Below the pieces are notes generated by a model. That model was not told the origin of the DNA. It saw only the letters and a list, made by a program, of their open reading frames with translations, and searched no databases. 43,909 nt of DNA from a virus (Duplodnaviria > Caudoviricetes). Position 1 is the first letter of the stretch. Each line of letters opens with the position of its first letter. The position numbers were made by a program, and so were the translations under genes. The stretch is from positions 1 through 43,909 of IMG/VR virus record IMGVR_UViG_3300037461_000364, one strand, 5' to 3'. Below are positions 33,257 through 42,402 of the stretch, piece by piece.

Positions 33257-33759
33257 ATCTCGATTCTAGCCCGTGCTGCAATCCGGATGATGTTGGTCAC
33301 GTGCAACTCTTCACGAAGCTGGCGCCAAAGCGCCTCCTGAATCAGTTTCGGGGGCGTGCCCTGCGCAGCCAGGGCGCGGATGTACCGATTCCGCTGGAAA
33401 CGGCTGTACGCCGAGTAACAGCGCAGCTTGGGCAGCCGCGCCCCACCGTCATGCTGAACGCTCTCATCCTCCGACAGCATCCGCCACAAATCTAGCCAGG
33501 TATCGAACCCGACCCGCTCGGCAATGCGCAGCCACACAGCAGGAATCCCGATCTTCTCAAGCTCGCAGAGACGAGGATCGCGCCGTTTTTTTTCGGGGGC
33601 GGGGGCGGGTTTCAAGGTCGAAAAGTTCGCAAGGGTGCAATTGTTCAGGTACTCACCCCCCACCTGGGAGGCCGCTGCCTCGCCTTGCCGAGCCCCCACC
33701 CAAAGCCCGAACAGATCACCTTGTGCGATTTCGCTCTTGTCACTTCGCTTTTCACTCAC
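33253..33759 (-). CDS. Putative Mor/C-like transcription activator (start uncertain)
   Basis: RIAERVGFD...RLPKL...QRNRYIRAL...LHVTNIIRI resembles the Mor/C layout (dimerisation helix, RNxxI, C-terminal HTH). Confidence 0.55.
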   Translation of the reverse strand: MSEKRSDKSEIAQGDLFGLWVGARQGEAAASQVGGEYLNNCTLANFSTLKPAPAPEKKRRDPRLCELEKIGIPAVWLRIAERVGFDTWLDLWRMLSEDESVQHDGGARLPKLRCYSAYSRFQRNRYIRALAAQGTPPKLIQEALWRQLREELHVTNIIRIAARARIEI

Positions 33760-33978
33760 CTGGACACCCCCGGAACCCGCATGAACGAGTTGAACAACTT
33801 CGCAATCTGGCAAAAAGCGAAGAAACGACACTACCAACGTCTACTAGAAGAATGAAACGAGCGTTTAATTGCCCGCGCTTGTCGTGTTTTAGCGACATCA
33901 GCCCGAATCGCTCCGCGCCAGAACAGGCGTTGCGCCTGACGGTTTGCCTAAAAAAAAGGCGCCGAGGCGGGGAAACGC

Positions 33979-34995
33979 TCACGCCTTGCATTTCTTGATC
34001 TGCGCCAGCAGCGCACTGACCGGCGTCTTGATCTTCGCCAGGGGATTCGACCTGTCGACTACCTTGGTCAGCTTCCGTAGCGCAAGCTGCTGATAGATCG
34101 ATGTCGACTTCGGGTCGGCGTGCCCCATGAGCCGCTGGGCAGTCACGGTAGGGATGTCGTCCTCGGCCAACTCGGTGCCGTAGGCGTGGCGCAGCGCGTG
34201 CGGATGTAGAAGCGAGGGGTCGATGCCGGCCGGTATGCCGTAGTGCTTCATCCAGTTGGTGATCGTCTTGCGGTGGATGCGCCGCTTCTCTCCGTGGTAT
34301 TCATGGGCCGGGGTATTTGGCCTGGAGAATGAGGTGAACAGCACCTTGTCACCGTTCGGAAGCAGGCGGTCGATGGCGTGAAGTTCCGGGTGCTCCATGT
34401 AAAGCTGCAGCAGCAGCGCAGCCTGCTCCGGGATCGGAATCACGCGCTCGCGGCTGCCCTTCTCCATCACCTTCAGGAACAAGCGCGGAAGCCCGTCGAC
34501 CGTATCCTTCACCACGTTCGACTCGTTGAGGTTGATCAAACCGGAAGCGCGCAGACCGCAGCCGGCCAGAACCGCGAACATCGCCGCATCGCGCACACCC
34601 CTGAGCGTCGAGAAGTCCGGCGCCCACATCAGTTTCTCGATGTCGGCCAGGCGCATCGTTCGCGGGATCTTCACCCCGACCTTCGGCTGCGGAACCCCCA
34701 GCGCCGGATTCTCGGCAACCAGCTTGCTGGCCTTCGCCCACAGGAAGAATCCGCGCACCGCCGATATGTGCGTGCGCCTGCTCAGCGGGTTTATCTGGCC
34801 CAAGCTGAACAGGTGCGGCCCGGTGAAGGCGATCAGGTCGTCAGGCGTCGCCGTCAGCGGGTTCCGGCCCAAGCCGGTCATGAATTTTTCGAGCCGCGAA
34901 AGCGCCAGGCGGTAGACCTCGGCCAGCCTCGGCGAGCGCCCCCGGTTGTGGCGCATGTAGTCCAGGAAGTCGTCAATATTGTCTGAAAAGCTCAT
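33979..34995 (-). CDS. XerC/D-like tyrosine recombinase / integrase
   Basis: N-terminal SAM-like domain; catalytic R (GCGLR), K (EKG), HALRH, MGH, and Y (STSIY). ATG at 34995. Confidence 0.95.
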   Translation of the reverse strand: MSFSDNIDDFLDYMRHNRGRSPRLAEVYRLALSRLEKFMTGLGRNPLTATPDDLIAFTGPHLFSLGQINPLSRRTHISAVRGFFLWAKASKLVAENPALGVPQPKVGVKIPRTMRLADIEKLMWAPDFSTLRGVRDAAMFAVLAGCGLRASGLINLNESNVVKDTVDGLPRLFLKVMEKGSRERVIPIPEQAALLLQLYMEHPELHAIDRLLPNGDKVLFTSFSRPNTPAHEYHGEKRRIHRKTITNWMKHYGIPAGIDPSLLHPHALRHAYGTELAEDDIPTVTAQRLMGHADPKSTSIYQQLALRKLTKVVDRSNPLAKIKTPVSALLAQIKKCKA

Positions 34996-35031
34996 GAGAA
35001 CCTCGAAAAGGGGGGGTATAGGGAAAACACG

Positions 35032-35389
35032 GGTGGATTGGTGGATATTGGTGGATAGCACCGTAAGCCATTGAAAACAAAGCGTTTAGAATCCACCACA
35101 ATCCACCAATTGCGCAAAAAGCGAAGTACAACTGGTGGATTAAAAAATAGGCACCTGTTTACTTTGGTGGATGCCTCTTGCTCTTTGGTGGATGCCTTTA
35201 TATTCTCTTTCTCTTTGATTATTAAGAGAAAAAGAGAAAAAGAAGGGCAAAAACGGCGAAATGACCGCGTGGAAGAATCTCCGCATTTGGTGGAAGAATC
35301 TCCGCATTTGGTGGATTTAAGAAGGCATTTGGTGATGCAATACATGTCCACAATCAATGACTTAGCATCAGCAAGGCCCATGATCCACC
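35032..35389. repeat. Putative replication origin with GGTGGAT/ATCCACC iterons and an AT-rich core
   Basis: About 10 copies in both orientations, a 21-bp tandem repeat (GTGGAAGAATCTCCGCATTTG x2), and an AT-rich imperfect palindrome near 35203-35238; lies just downstream of the primase operon. Confidence 0.75.
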
Positions 35390-35530
35390 AAAAAACCGTG
35401 CACTGCATGCCAACCTTTTCGCCATTTCCCAAAGGCAAAAAAATAAAGTCGGGCCTGGCCCCGCTTCTCTTCGGGCGGTTTTTGGCCGCCGGCCACACTC
35501 CATTCATGAGGGGTACGGGGAGAAATGGAT

Positions 35531-35815
35531 TCATGGAATCGCTCGCCACAGAACCCCGTTGCTGCTTGCCTGCACACGCTCGATACGCCCATCAATCACC
35601 AACATTTCGGTATGGTGGCGCACCGACGAATTGGTCATGCCGGTAGCTTTAACGACAAACTGGCAATTCACGGGCTTTCCGGCATCCCTGATCGCCTGCA
35701 GGACTTTGCGGCGGCTCTCCTCGGCTTTCAGGCGGCGGCCCTTCGTAAAAGTCGCATCCTCGCCCCCCCACCATGACCGCTTCTGGATCTGCTCCAGCGC
35801 TACAGCAAAGCTCAT
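35531..35815 (-). CDS. Small winged-helix DNA-binding protein
   Basis: RRKVLQAI...VVKATGMTNSSVRHHTEMLVIDGRIERV....LWR wHTH pattern. Confidence 0.7.
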   Translation of the reverse strand: MSFAVALEQIQKRSWWGGEDATFTKGRRLKAEESRRKVLQAIRDAGKPVNCQFVVKATGMTNSSVRHHTEMLVIDGRIERVQASSNGVLWRAIP

Positions 35816-35833
35816 TCACGTTCTCCAGTGATT

Positions 35834-38605
35834 TTAACCACCAACCGGCCGATGCACCATCACGCCGAACTCCTCCAGCTTGGCCATCGATATTGCCGCC
35901 ATGCGGTTGTATCGACGATAGCCGATCGTCTTCTCCGACTCGCCGACGATCACCTCGGCGTGTTCCATCTGCTGTTTGAATATCCGGTCGGACTTCACCG
36001 GCAGGCCGTTCCAGAACTCGCGCAGCGCCGTCGTCCGGCTCAGGTGGTGCATCACGTCGCTGGTGCGCAAGAACAGGCAGTCTTCGCCGCTGGCGCCGTG
36101 GATGTCGATGCGCCACGGCCCCTCGTAATGGCCGGCAGCGATCTCGCCCGCGATCGCCTCCATGATCCACACCCAGGGCTGGCGGTCGGGGCTCGTCTGG
36201 GCGATGTGCGCATTCATTTCGGTCAGCAAATCAGTGAGGAAGGAACCCTGCTTGGCATCGGCGCCCGTGAATCCGCACAGCAGCGTCCACGCCGTCATCA
36301 GCGCCGCGTAGTTGTTCGCCATGCGCGTAGCCCCGTCGTCCTCGCCGGAAGCGCGCGACGCATGCAGGCATGCCTCCTTTGACCGCTCGTGGATCGCCCG
36401 CACCTGCGGCGGCGTCAGTTCGGTCAGGAATGCAAGCCACTGGCGCACCGGGAATCGCGGCAGGTCTTCCGCCATCAGCTGCCCCTTCTCGCGCAGCGAG
36501 CAGCGCACGATCTTTCCGATCAGGCTCTTGACCGGCACATCCTCGCCGGAAAGCAGCACCGGCGCCGACAACAGAAACTCGGTCTGCGTCATGCCCCGGC
36601 GGCTCAAGGTGTACTGGTAGTTCTCCTGGAGCATCGCCACCGCCTTGTGGATCACCTCCTGGGGCCGCGCGGAAAGCTCCTCCCAGCAGACCGGGTGGCT
36701 GGTGTGGCTGATCGAGGTCAGCAGCCGGTACTCCGTCTGCAGTGATTGACCGGAAAACATCGTGAAGCCGATCGTGCGCTCGAGGCGCTTGATCAGCGTC
36801 GTTTTGCCCTTCCCCTTGTCGGCCTGCAGCATCATGTGCGGCCAGAACCCGAGCAACGCCTTCAAATGTCCGCCCAGGCCCCAGACCAGCGCCAGCAGCG
36901 CCGCGCTGCGCCCGAACGTCGACGCGAATGCATCGACCACCACCCGCGCGTCGCTCTTCGTTCCCGTCGGGAAAGTGAGGTTGTGGTAAGGGCACTGTTG
37001 CTCTGGATTCTCGAAGTAGCAATCCGGCCCCTCATTGACCACCAACCGCCCGTCGCGCCAGCACAGCCCGACGAAATTGGCCGCGTTGCGCTGGCCGATG
37101 TGCGCCGCGTTCTCGAACACATTCACCAGGCGCAGGAATTTCGATTGATCCCAGACGGGACCAAAGCGCTTCCACACGTCGATATTGTGCAGCCGCTCGT
37201 CGTCGATCACCTTGCGGATCAGCTTCGCCCCATGCCGCGTCGTCTGCACGCTGACCGAGAACAGCGTTTTCGGCATCGTGTCCTGGTCGCCGGTCATCGT
37301 CGCCGTTGTGCCCTGGATCGTCACCCGCGAAATCGCCGCGATGCGGAACCCGGCCAGGTCGCGCAGCGACAACTTCGGCGCCACGCCCTCGGAATCCTCG
37401 CTACTGTTCTCGACCTTGTCGACGTAGCTCGTGAAATCCGGCCGCACCCGGAAGCGCCAGTAAAGCGCGTCTTGATGGAAAGGCAGGTAAAAGCGCCGTC
37501 GACCGCGATTCGAGGTGAACAGGTCGTTCTGCGGCCCCTGCCCGGACATACCAGGAATCGCCCAGTGCTCGAGGCGCCACAGCGCCCGCTTGAGATCGTC
37601 CGGGCCGACCGCCTTGAGCAGGTCGTTCACGTCATTGACGCCCCACTCGCTAAAATCGACCATCAGCGCCGAAATGTCCAGCCCCAGGAGCTTCTCGTGC
37701 AACGCCCAGGCCGCCTTGAGACCGGCGCAATAGCCGTCTTCTCCCGGATCGTCGTTGTCCGGAACGATGATCGCCTGCTTCCCGTGCAGCCAGTCGAAAC
37801 CGATGTTGGCCACGTTCCCCGTGCCGCGCAGCGCGAACGCCGCCGTCTTGCCGGGCATCTTCGCCGATTCGATCGACAGCGCGTTGATCGGGCTTTCTGT
37901 GATATAGACCGTCTCGGCGGCGTGCAACCGCTTCACATCGCTGGTCCAGCCGTAGCCGTACTTCTCGCCCTGGCACGTCGTCTTGACCCCGCCATTCAGT
38001 GCCGCGTCAAAGTAGCGCAGGTCCACCGCCATCACATGCCCAGGATTCAGCGTGCGGACGATGAACGCGCATGCTGGCCCGCCGTGCATCTTCTCGCCGG
38101 CCGCGACATTCGGCGAGCGCCAGTCGTTGAACCCGACCGCCCCGGCCAGCGCCGCTCGCTGCGCGATCTCCGGGTCTATCCCGCGCTCGCCGACCAGCCA
38201 GTCGACCGCCGCCTTCGGCGCCGCCAGGCAACGCTCGGCGATGAACTCGGCGCGCGACTTCTCGCGCGGCGGGGCGGGCGGCGCATCCTTCTTCGGCAAC
38301 GCCACCCCGGCAAACTCCGCGATGTCCTTCAACGCATCGAACCGCGACAGCCCCAGCACCTTCTCGGCAAAGTGGAACACGTCGCCGGCCTTGAGGTCGT
38401 TCGGCGCCCCGCACGAGTAGCACTTCCAGGAATTCTTCTTCGTGTCGACGTTGAAACAATCGTTGTGGTCGCAGCACGGCGCCGGATTGATGAACGTCGT
38501 TGTCCCCGCCATCACCGCCTTGGTCGACGGCAGCCGGTAGGCGATGTAATCGACCAGGGAACACGCGCCCTTGACCTCGCTGAAAACCCGGTTATCTGTG
38601 GCCAT
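35834..38605 (-). CDS. Zn-finger / Toprim primase - helicase fusion (P4 alpha-like organisation)
   Basis: CCDHNDC...CYSC, Toprim YITESPINALS...IIVPDND, Walker A ADKGKGKT, Walker B VCWEE. Confidence 0.9.
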   Translation of the reverse strand: MATDNRVFSEVKGACSLVDYIAYRLPSTKAVMAGTTTFINPAPCCDHNDCFNVDTKKNSWKCYSCGAPNDLKAGDVFHFAEKVLGLSRFDALKDIAEFAGVALPKKDAPPAPPREKSRAEFIAERCLAAPKAAVDWLVGERGIDPEIAQRAALAGAVGFNDWRSPNVAAGEKMHGGPACAFIVRTLNPGHVMAVDLRYFDAALNGGVKTTCQGEKYGYGWTSDVKRLHAAETVYITESPINALSIESAKMPGKTAAFALRGTGNVANIGFDWLHGKQAIIVPDNDDPGEDGYCAGLKAAWALHEKLLGLDISALMVDFSEWGVNDVNDLLKAVGPDDLKRALWRLEHWAIPGMSGQGPQNDLFTSNRGRRRFYLPFHQDALYWRFRVRPDFTSYVDKVENSSEDSEGVAPKLSLRDLAGFRIAAISRVTIQGTTATMTGDQDTMPKTLFSVSVQTTRHGAKLIRKVIDDERLHNIDVWKRFGPVWDQSKFLRLVNVFENAAHIGQRNAANFVGLCWRDGRLVVNEGPDCYFENPEQQCPYHNLTFPTGTKSDARVVVDAFASTFGRSAALLALVWGLGGHLKALLGFWPHMMLQADKGKGKTTLIKRLERTIGFTMFSGQSLQTEYRLLTSISHTSHPVCWEELSARPQEVIHKAVAMLQENYQYTLSRRGMTQTEFLLSAPVLLSGEDVPVKSLIGKIVRCSLREKGQLMAEDLPRFPVRQWLAFLTELTPPQVRAIHERSKEACLHASRASGEDDGATRMANNYAALMTAWTLLCGFTGADAKQGSFLTDLLTEMNAHIAQTSPDRQPWVWIMEAIAGEIAAGHYEGPWRIDIHGASGEDCLFLRTSDVMHHLSRTTALREFWNGLPVKSDRIFKQQMEHAEVIVGESEKTIGYRRYNRMAAISMAKLEEFGVMVHRPVGG

Positions 38606-38608
38606 ATC

Positions 38609-38995
38609 TCAAATGTCGGCGAAGCGCATGCCTGAAGAGTGAACGAAGCGGCGCGTCGCCCGCGTCCGACGCGCCATGCGGAAAATCTGTAACTGCCAGT
38701 CATCGCCAGCCAGCTTGCGCAACGGCGAGGGCACCACCTCCGGATCGCCGACCGAGATACCGGCCGCCGGCGCGTCCAGCACGTCGAAGACTTCCTCCCA
38801 CGGCACCGGACAATGATCGATGACCCGCCGCAGATCGCCGACCGCCACCCACACCGGAACCAGCAACAGCGCGCCCGGCTTAGGCAAAATCAGATGGTCG
38901 AAAGAGCGAAAGACCCGCCCATCATGCGACCAACCCGCAAGCGTTTCGAGGGGAAGGCGAAACAGGGCGGGCAGCATCACCGCGACCTGACCCAC
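38609..38995 (-). CDS. Hypothetical protein
   Basis: 128 aa directly upstream of the primase, on the operon strand. Confidence 0.6.
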   Translation of the reverse strand: MGQVAVMLPALFRLPLETLAGWSHDGRVFRSFDHLILPKPGALLLVPVWVAVGDLRRVIDHCPVPWEEVFDVLDAPAAGISVGDPEVVPSPLRKLAGDDWQLQIFRMARRTRATRRFVHSSGMRFADI

Positions 38996-39243
38996 AGAGC
39001 CTCGTCGGCATGCGCGAAAGCAGCGGCAATCGTCTCCTTCTCGCGGTCGACGCGGGCATTTCCCGCCAATATCCCGGCCAGCGCCGCCATCGCATACCTG
39101 TCACGCAGCGTCTCGCGCAGTCCACGGCACTCGTTTTCCAGGCTGCGGATCTGTGATTCAAGGAATTTCGTGTCGGCCTCGGAAATGGCCCGTGCCCTGC
39201 CCGGCGAAACCGCGCCCACAGGCCCGTCAAAAAGTTTTTTCAA
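38977..39243 (-). CDS. Hypothetical protein
   Basis: 88 aa; TLRDRYAMAALAGILA...AFAHADEAL motif is common in phage early genes. Confidence 0.65.
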   Translation of the reverse strand: MKKLFDGPVGAVSPGRARAISEADTKFLESQIRSLENECRGLRETLRDRYAMAALAGILAGNARVDREKETIAAAFAHADEALWVRSR

Positions 39244-39427
39244 CGATTTTTCCCTCCAAATTCACGCCAGCCTTCCATTCCTCGATCGCCTGCTGGAACA
39301 GGCGCCCGGCCTTGCCCGCCATGTGCGCCACCCAGCGCTCGCCAAGGTGCTGACCCTTGTAGCCAAGAGCCAGCGCCTTGTAGCCAAGCCGGGTCAGGCG
39401 TTTTTCCCTGTCCGACAGCACGCGCAT
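39227..39427 (-). CDS. Hypothetical protein
   Basis: TGATG coupling with the upstream gene; 66 aa MRVLSDREKRL... Confidence 0.55.
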   Translation of the reverse strand: MRVLSDREKRLTRLGYKALALGYKGQHLGERWVAHMAGKAGRLFQQAIEEWKAGVNLEGKIVEKTF

Positions 39428-40110
39428 CAGAAAAACGCCGTCTTGACCGGATCGGCTGCCGGCTTCTCGGCCGCCGCCTTCTCGCGCTCCGCATCCTCGG
39501 CCCGCTTGCGCGCCCCGGAGCAATCGCGCGAATTCAGCGCCTTGACCTCGTCGACCGCGCACATCAGATCCTCGGCCAGCGTGTTCATGCCGTGATTGCG
39601 CGCCTGCCGCGCCATCTCGAACGAACGGCACCAGTCGACGCCGATGCTGAACGACACTAGGCCGCCGCCGCTGGCGTTGCTGCCACCGAGACCAACCACG
39701 TTCATGCACGCCGAAGTCGGCGAGCCCAGCATCAGCGCCATGTCCGGCGCCTGGCGCACCGTCGTCTTTCCGGAAACGGTCGTATCGATCTGCTGCTGCG
39801 CCGGAATGGCCGGCGCCGTAAAGCTGAACGTCGTTGCGCCGATGCTGGCCACGGCGCCGGCAGAACTCCCGGCAGAAGCCGTGGCCGCGCTTGTCGCCGC
39901 GCCGCCGGCCGCATTGCCGCCCGCGCCGCCGGCACCGCCTACGCCACCGAGGCCGACCCCCGTCCCGACACCGACCCCGACCGCGCTCTGATTGCCGTTG
40001 GCCGGCTTTTTCGAGTGCCCTTTCCGCGAACCGCCATCAGTCGCCCAGGCCGAAGCGCCGACCAGTCCGGCGAGAATGACGGTAAAAACCTTGCTGTAAC
40101 GTGAATTCAT
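39427..40110 (-). CDS. Secreted Gly/Ala-rich protein with Cys-containing C-terminal domain
   Basis: Signal peptide MNSRYSKVFTVILAGLVGASAWA, a GV/GGA low-complexity tract, and 4 Cys. Confidence 0.75.
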   Translation of the reverse strand: MNSRYSKVFTVILAGLVGASAWATDGGSRKGHSKKPANGNQSAVGVGVGTGVGLGGVGGAGGAGGNAAGGAATSAATASAGSSAGAVASIGATTFSFTAPAIPAQQQIDTTVSGKTTVRQAPDMALMLGSPTSACMNVVGLGGSNASGGGLVSFSIGVDWCRSFEMARQARNHGMNTLAEDLMCAVDEVKALNSRDCSGARKRAEDAEREKAAAEKPAADPVKTAFF

Positions 40111-40129
40111 TTTCTCTCTTCCTCAGATT

Positions 40130-40330
40130 TCAAGTGGATGGCGGAAGCTCGAACTTGAGCAGTTCCAGGCGGGTTGCCTGATTCCAGGCGTTGATTGCCT
40201 GAATCATGCCGCCGTGCGCCGGCCCGACTGCCAGGCAGTCCAGGCAGAACGCCGCGTAATTTCCCCTGCCGGCATGATTCAGGACGGTTTCATTGCTCCC
40301 GCAGAACGGGCATTGATCGAGGGCCATCAT
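40130..40330 (-). CDS. Lar-family restriction alleviation protein
   Basis: CPFCGS...CLDCLAVGP...AINAWN signature. Confidence 0.8.
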   Translation of the reverse strand: MMALDQCPFCGSNETVLNHAGRGNYAAFCLDCLAVGPAHGGMIQAINAWNQATRLELLKFELPPST

Positions 40331-40686
40331 TGATGCACCTCATCAGCAGGCTCAAACCGCTTCGCTAGGTTCTCGAAGATCGCGCTTCCGCGCTCGAAGT
40401 AACAGTGCACTTCCTGCAAGGCGTTGGAGTCCATGCGCAACACTGCCAGGCAGTCGCTCATGATTTCGTAATCGAGACTGCGCAGGCTGTTCAAGTCAAA
40501 CGGGAAGCGGCGCCCGTTGTAGCAGCCGAGCAGGAGACGCGCGACGCGGTTGCTCTGCCCCGTATCGCGCAAGGCAATCGGCAACAATCGGCGAAGCGCC
40601 TTCTCGCCGGCAATACGGTCCTGAGCGACGTGCGCATGAAGGTACATCGCGCTCATGTATTCCGGAATTTTGGATTCGTCATTCAT
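40327..40686 (-). CDS. Conserved hypothetical protein of mobile elements
   Basis: ATG at 40686; ALRRL..IA..DTGQS.RVARLLLGCYNGRRFPFDL..LRSLD motif. Confidence 0.75.
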   Translation of the reverse strand: MNDESKIPEYMSAMYLHAHVAQDRIAGEKALRRLLPIALRDTGQSNRVARLLLGCYNGRRFPFDLNSLRSLDYEIMSDCLAVLRMDSNALQEVHCYFERGSAIFENLAKRFEPADEVHQ

Positions 40687-41354
40687 GCCGCAGCCCTCCC
40701 GGCAAACTCGCGCCTGACCCGTGCCGGCGTCATCCGCACGTCGCGCAGCGGGAATGCCCGCGCCACCAGTTCGGCGCCGCCGCCCGTCGTGCTGTCCCGG
40801 CTCATCGTCAGGTAGCGCATGCACGAACGCGGGTCGCTATGCCCGAGCAGCCGCGACAGCCGCGCCAGGACGAAGGCCGGATTCTCCGAAGCCGAAGACC
40901 CGACCACCGATGCCGCGAAGGCATGGCGGAACCAGTGCGGGGAAATCCCCTCGTCGATGCCGGCCAGCCGAGCCCACACCTTCAGGCCCAACTGGAACGC
41001 CCGCACGCCCAGCCGGTCGCCGTGCCGGCCGACCACCAGCGGCGCATCAGCGTCCGCCGGCAAGCGCAGCGCCAGCAGGTCGTGGAACGCCTGCCCGGCC
41101 CCGGCGACCAGGTGCACCGTCAGGTCGCAGGACTCGCCCTTGCGCCTAGCTGCCGGCACGAACAAATACCCAAGGCGGAAGGCCGTTGTCGCCTCGCCCG
41201 TGCTCAGGCTCAGAAACTCGCTGATCCGCATGCCGGTCGTCAGCAGCACCCGCATCGCCGCCCAATCGCGCTTCGCCTGCCAGTCCCCGCGCGTCTTGAA
41301 GAATCGGCGCAGCTTCGCCTCCTCCTCGAATGTCAGACACCTGTTGCCGCTCAT
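40683..41354 (-). CDS. Small tyrosine recombinase (catalytic domain only, 223 aa)
   Basis: TGMRISE, RKG, SPHWFRH, LLGH and MRY give the full catalytic set; no N-terminal binding domain; GAGG SD. Confidence 0.9.
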   Translation of the reverse strand: MSGNRCLTFEEEAKLRRFFKTRGDWQAKRDWAAMRVLLTTGMRISEFLSLSTGEATTAFRLGYLFVPAARRKGESCDLTVHLVAGAGQAFHDLLALRLPADADAPLVVGRHGDRLGVRAFQLGLKVWARLAGIDEGISPHWFRHAFAASVVGSSASENPAFVLARLSRLLGHSDPRSCMRYLTMSRDSTTGGGAELVARAFPLRDVRMTPARVRREFAGRAAA

Positions 41355-41615
41355 TTCCTCTCTCTCCTTCAACATCGCGCGCGTCGATGGCCGCGCACAC
41401 GCCAACGTAGATGACGACAAACGCCGTCGCCTCAACCCAGTTCCTGACTCCCACCTTTCCGTTCCCCGCCGTTGTTGCAAACCATTCCCGCCGCTGCCAG
41501 CTCGTCACGGAACAACGCCGCGAACGCCACCGGCCACGGCACCCCGCCCAGCGACACCGCGCAGCCCTCTGGCACGTTGTCGCGCACCGTCAGCGAACGC
41601 GGGTCGACCGCCTGC

Positions 41616-42062
41616 TTACCCACGGCGCAGCCCACGCAGACGTTCGACCAGTTCCAGCGTCGCTGCCGCCAGGTCGTGCGCCGTCTCCTCGATGCGCGCC
41701 ATCTCCACCGGGTCGATCGCCCCGTCGTCGATCGCCGACCGCACCACCCCGGCGAAGGCGCCGAGATACACGTCGCGCGTCAGCACCATGTCCAGCAGCG
41801 AGGCATCCGAAACCCGCGACAGATCGGGCTTGCGCACCAGCAGGCAGCCCAGCGTGTCGGCGAACGCCTGGACGATGCGCAGGTCGTTCGCCGCCGCCGA
41901 CATCGCCACCGCGTCGCCCAGCCCCAGCTTCGCCGTCTCCTGGTGCGGATTCAGTTGATTGAGGAATGTTCCGGGCACCTTGCCCAGCTTGCGCGCCAGG
42001 CCGACCGCGCCATCGGGCAGGAAGTCGTGCGCCACGCGATACGCGGCGTCATGCACGTCCAT
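41616..42062 (-). CDS. Phage regulatory CII (CP76-like) protein
   Basis: DAAYRVAHDF..GAVGLARKLG....FLNQLNP motif; directly after the cro-like gene. Confidence 0.8.
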   Translation of the reverse strand: MDVHDAAYRVAHDFLPDGAVGLARKLGKVPGTFLNQLNPHQETAKLGLGDAVAMSAAANDLRIVQAFADTLGCLLVRKPDLSRVSDASLLDMVLTRDVYLGAFAGVVRSAIDDGAIDPVEMARIEETAHDLAAATLELVERLRGLRRG

Positions 42063-42124
42063 GAATCGTTCCCTCCCGGCAACTAGCGGCGCGCCGGCAC
42101 GCGGAACACACTGAACGCATGACC

Positions 42125-42322
42125 TCACGCCGCCTTTTTCTGGAACAGGATGTCGTCGACCGACAGGCCGAGCACATCGGCCCAGCGGTGCGCCCGCCTC
42201 GGCGCCACGCCGATCTTCCCGCGCTCGATGCGCGAGACGGCGGCCGGCGTGATGCCGACCAGTCCCGCCACTTCGATCTGCGTCAACCCCCTGCGGAGTC
42301 GCGCTTCCCTGATCTTGCTCAA
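42125..42322 (-). CDS. Cro-like XRE HTH protein
   Basis: IREARLRRGLTQIEVAGLVGITPAAVSRIERG; divergent from the repressor. Confidence 0.85.
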   Translation of the reverse strand: MSKIREARLRRGLTQIEVAGLVGITPAAVSRIERGKIGVAPRRAHRWADVLGLSVDDILFQKKAA

Positions 42323-42337
42323 AATGTTAACTCCCGC

Positions 42338-42360
42338 GTAACAATGGTTACATTGTTTAC
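42338..42360. promoter_or_regulatory. Operator-like overlapping palindromes in the genetic switch
   Basis: GTAAC-AATG-GTTAC (42338-42351) and AACAATG-GTTA-CATTGTT (42340-42357). Confidence 0.6.
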
Positions 42361-42402
42361 TGAAAAGGAACTGGCAGTCAACATCTTTTTGAAAGTTGTT
42401 TA

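Noticed and set aside
33979-34995. XerC-like recombinase as the cognate integron integrase (IntI)
   Set aside because: It lacks the IntI-specific insertion (LPxALERKYP-type I2 helix) between patches II and III and lies about 16 kb from the array. The 223-aa recombinase lacks it too. Activity on attC is not formally excluded.
35269-35316. CRISPR array or DGR repeat
   Set aside because: These are adjacent tandem 21-mers with no spacers. There is no cas gene and no reverse transcriptase anywhere in the genome.
34992-35646. ORFs 34992..35549 (-) and 35071..35646 (+)
   Set aside because: They are translations of the iteron repeats (STK/VEESPHL periodicity); the region is better explained as an origin.
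41355-41635. Small ORFs between the CII-like gene and the small recombinase
   Set aside because: Candidates 41432..41635 and 41146..41508 have no recognisable motif, and the latter overlaps the recombinase by about 200 nt. A real small gene may exist but cannot be supported.
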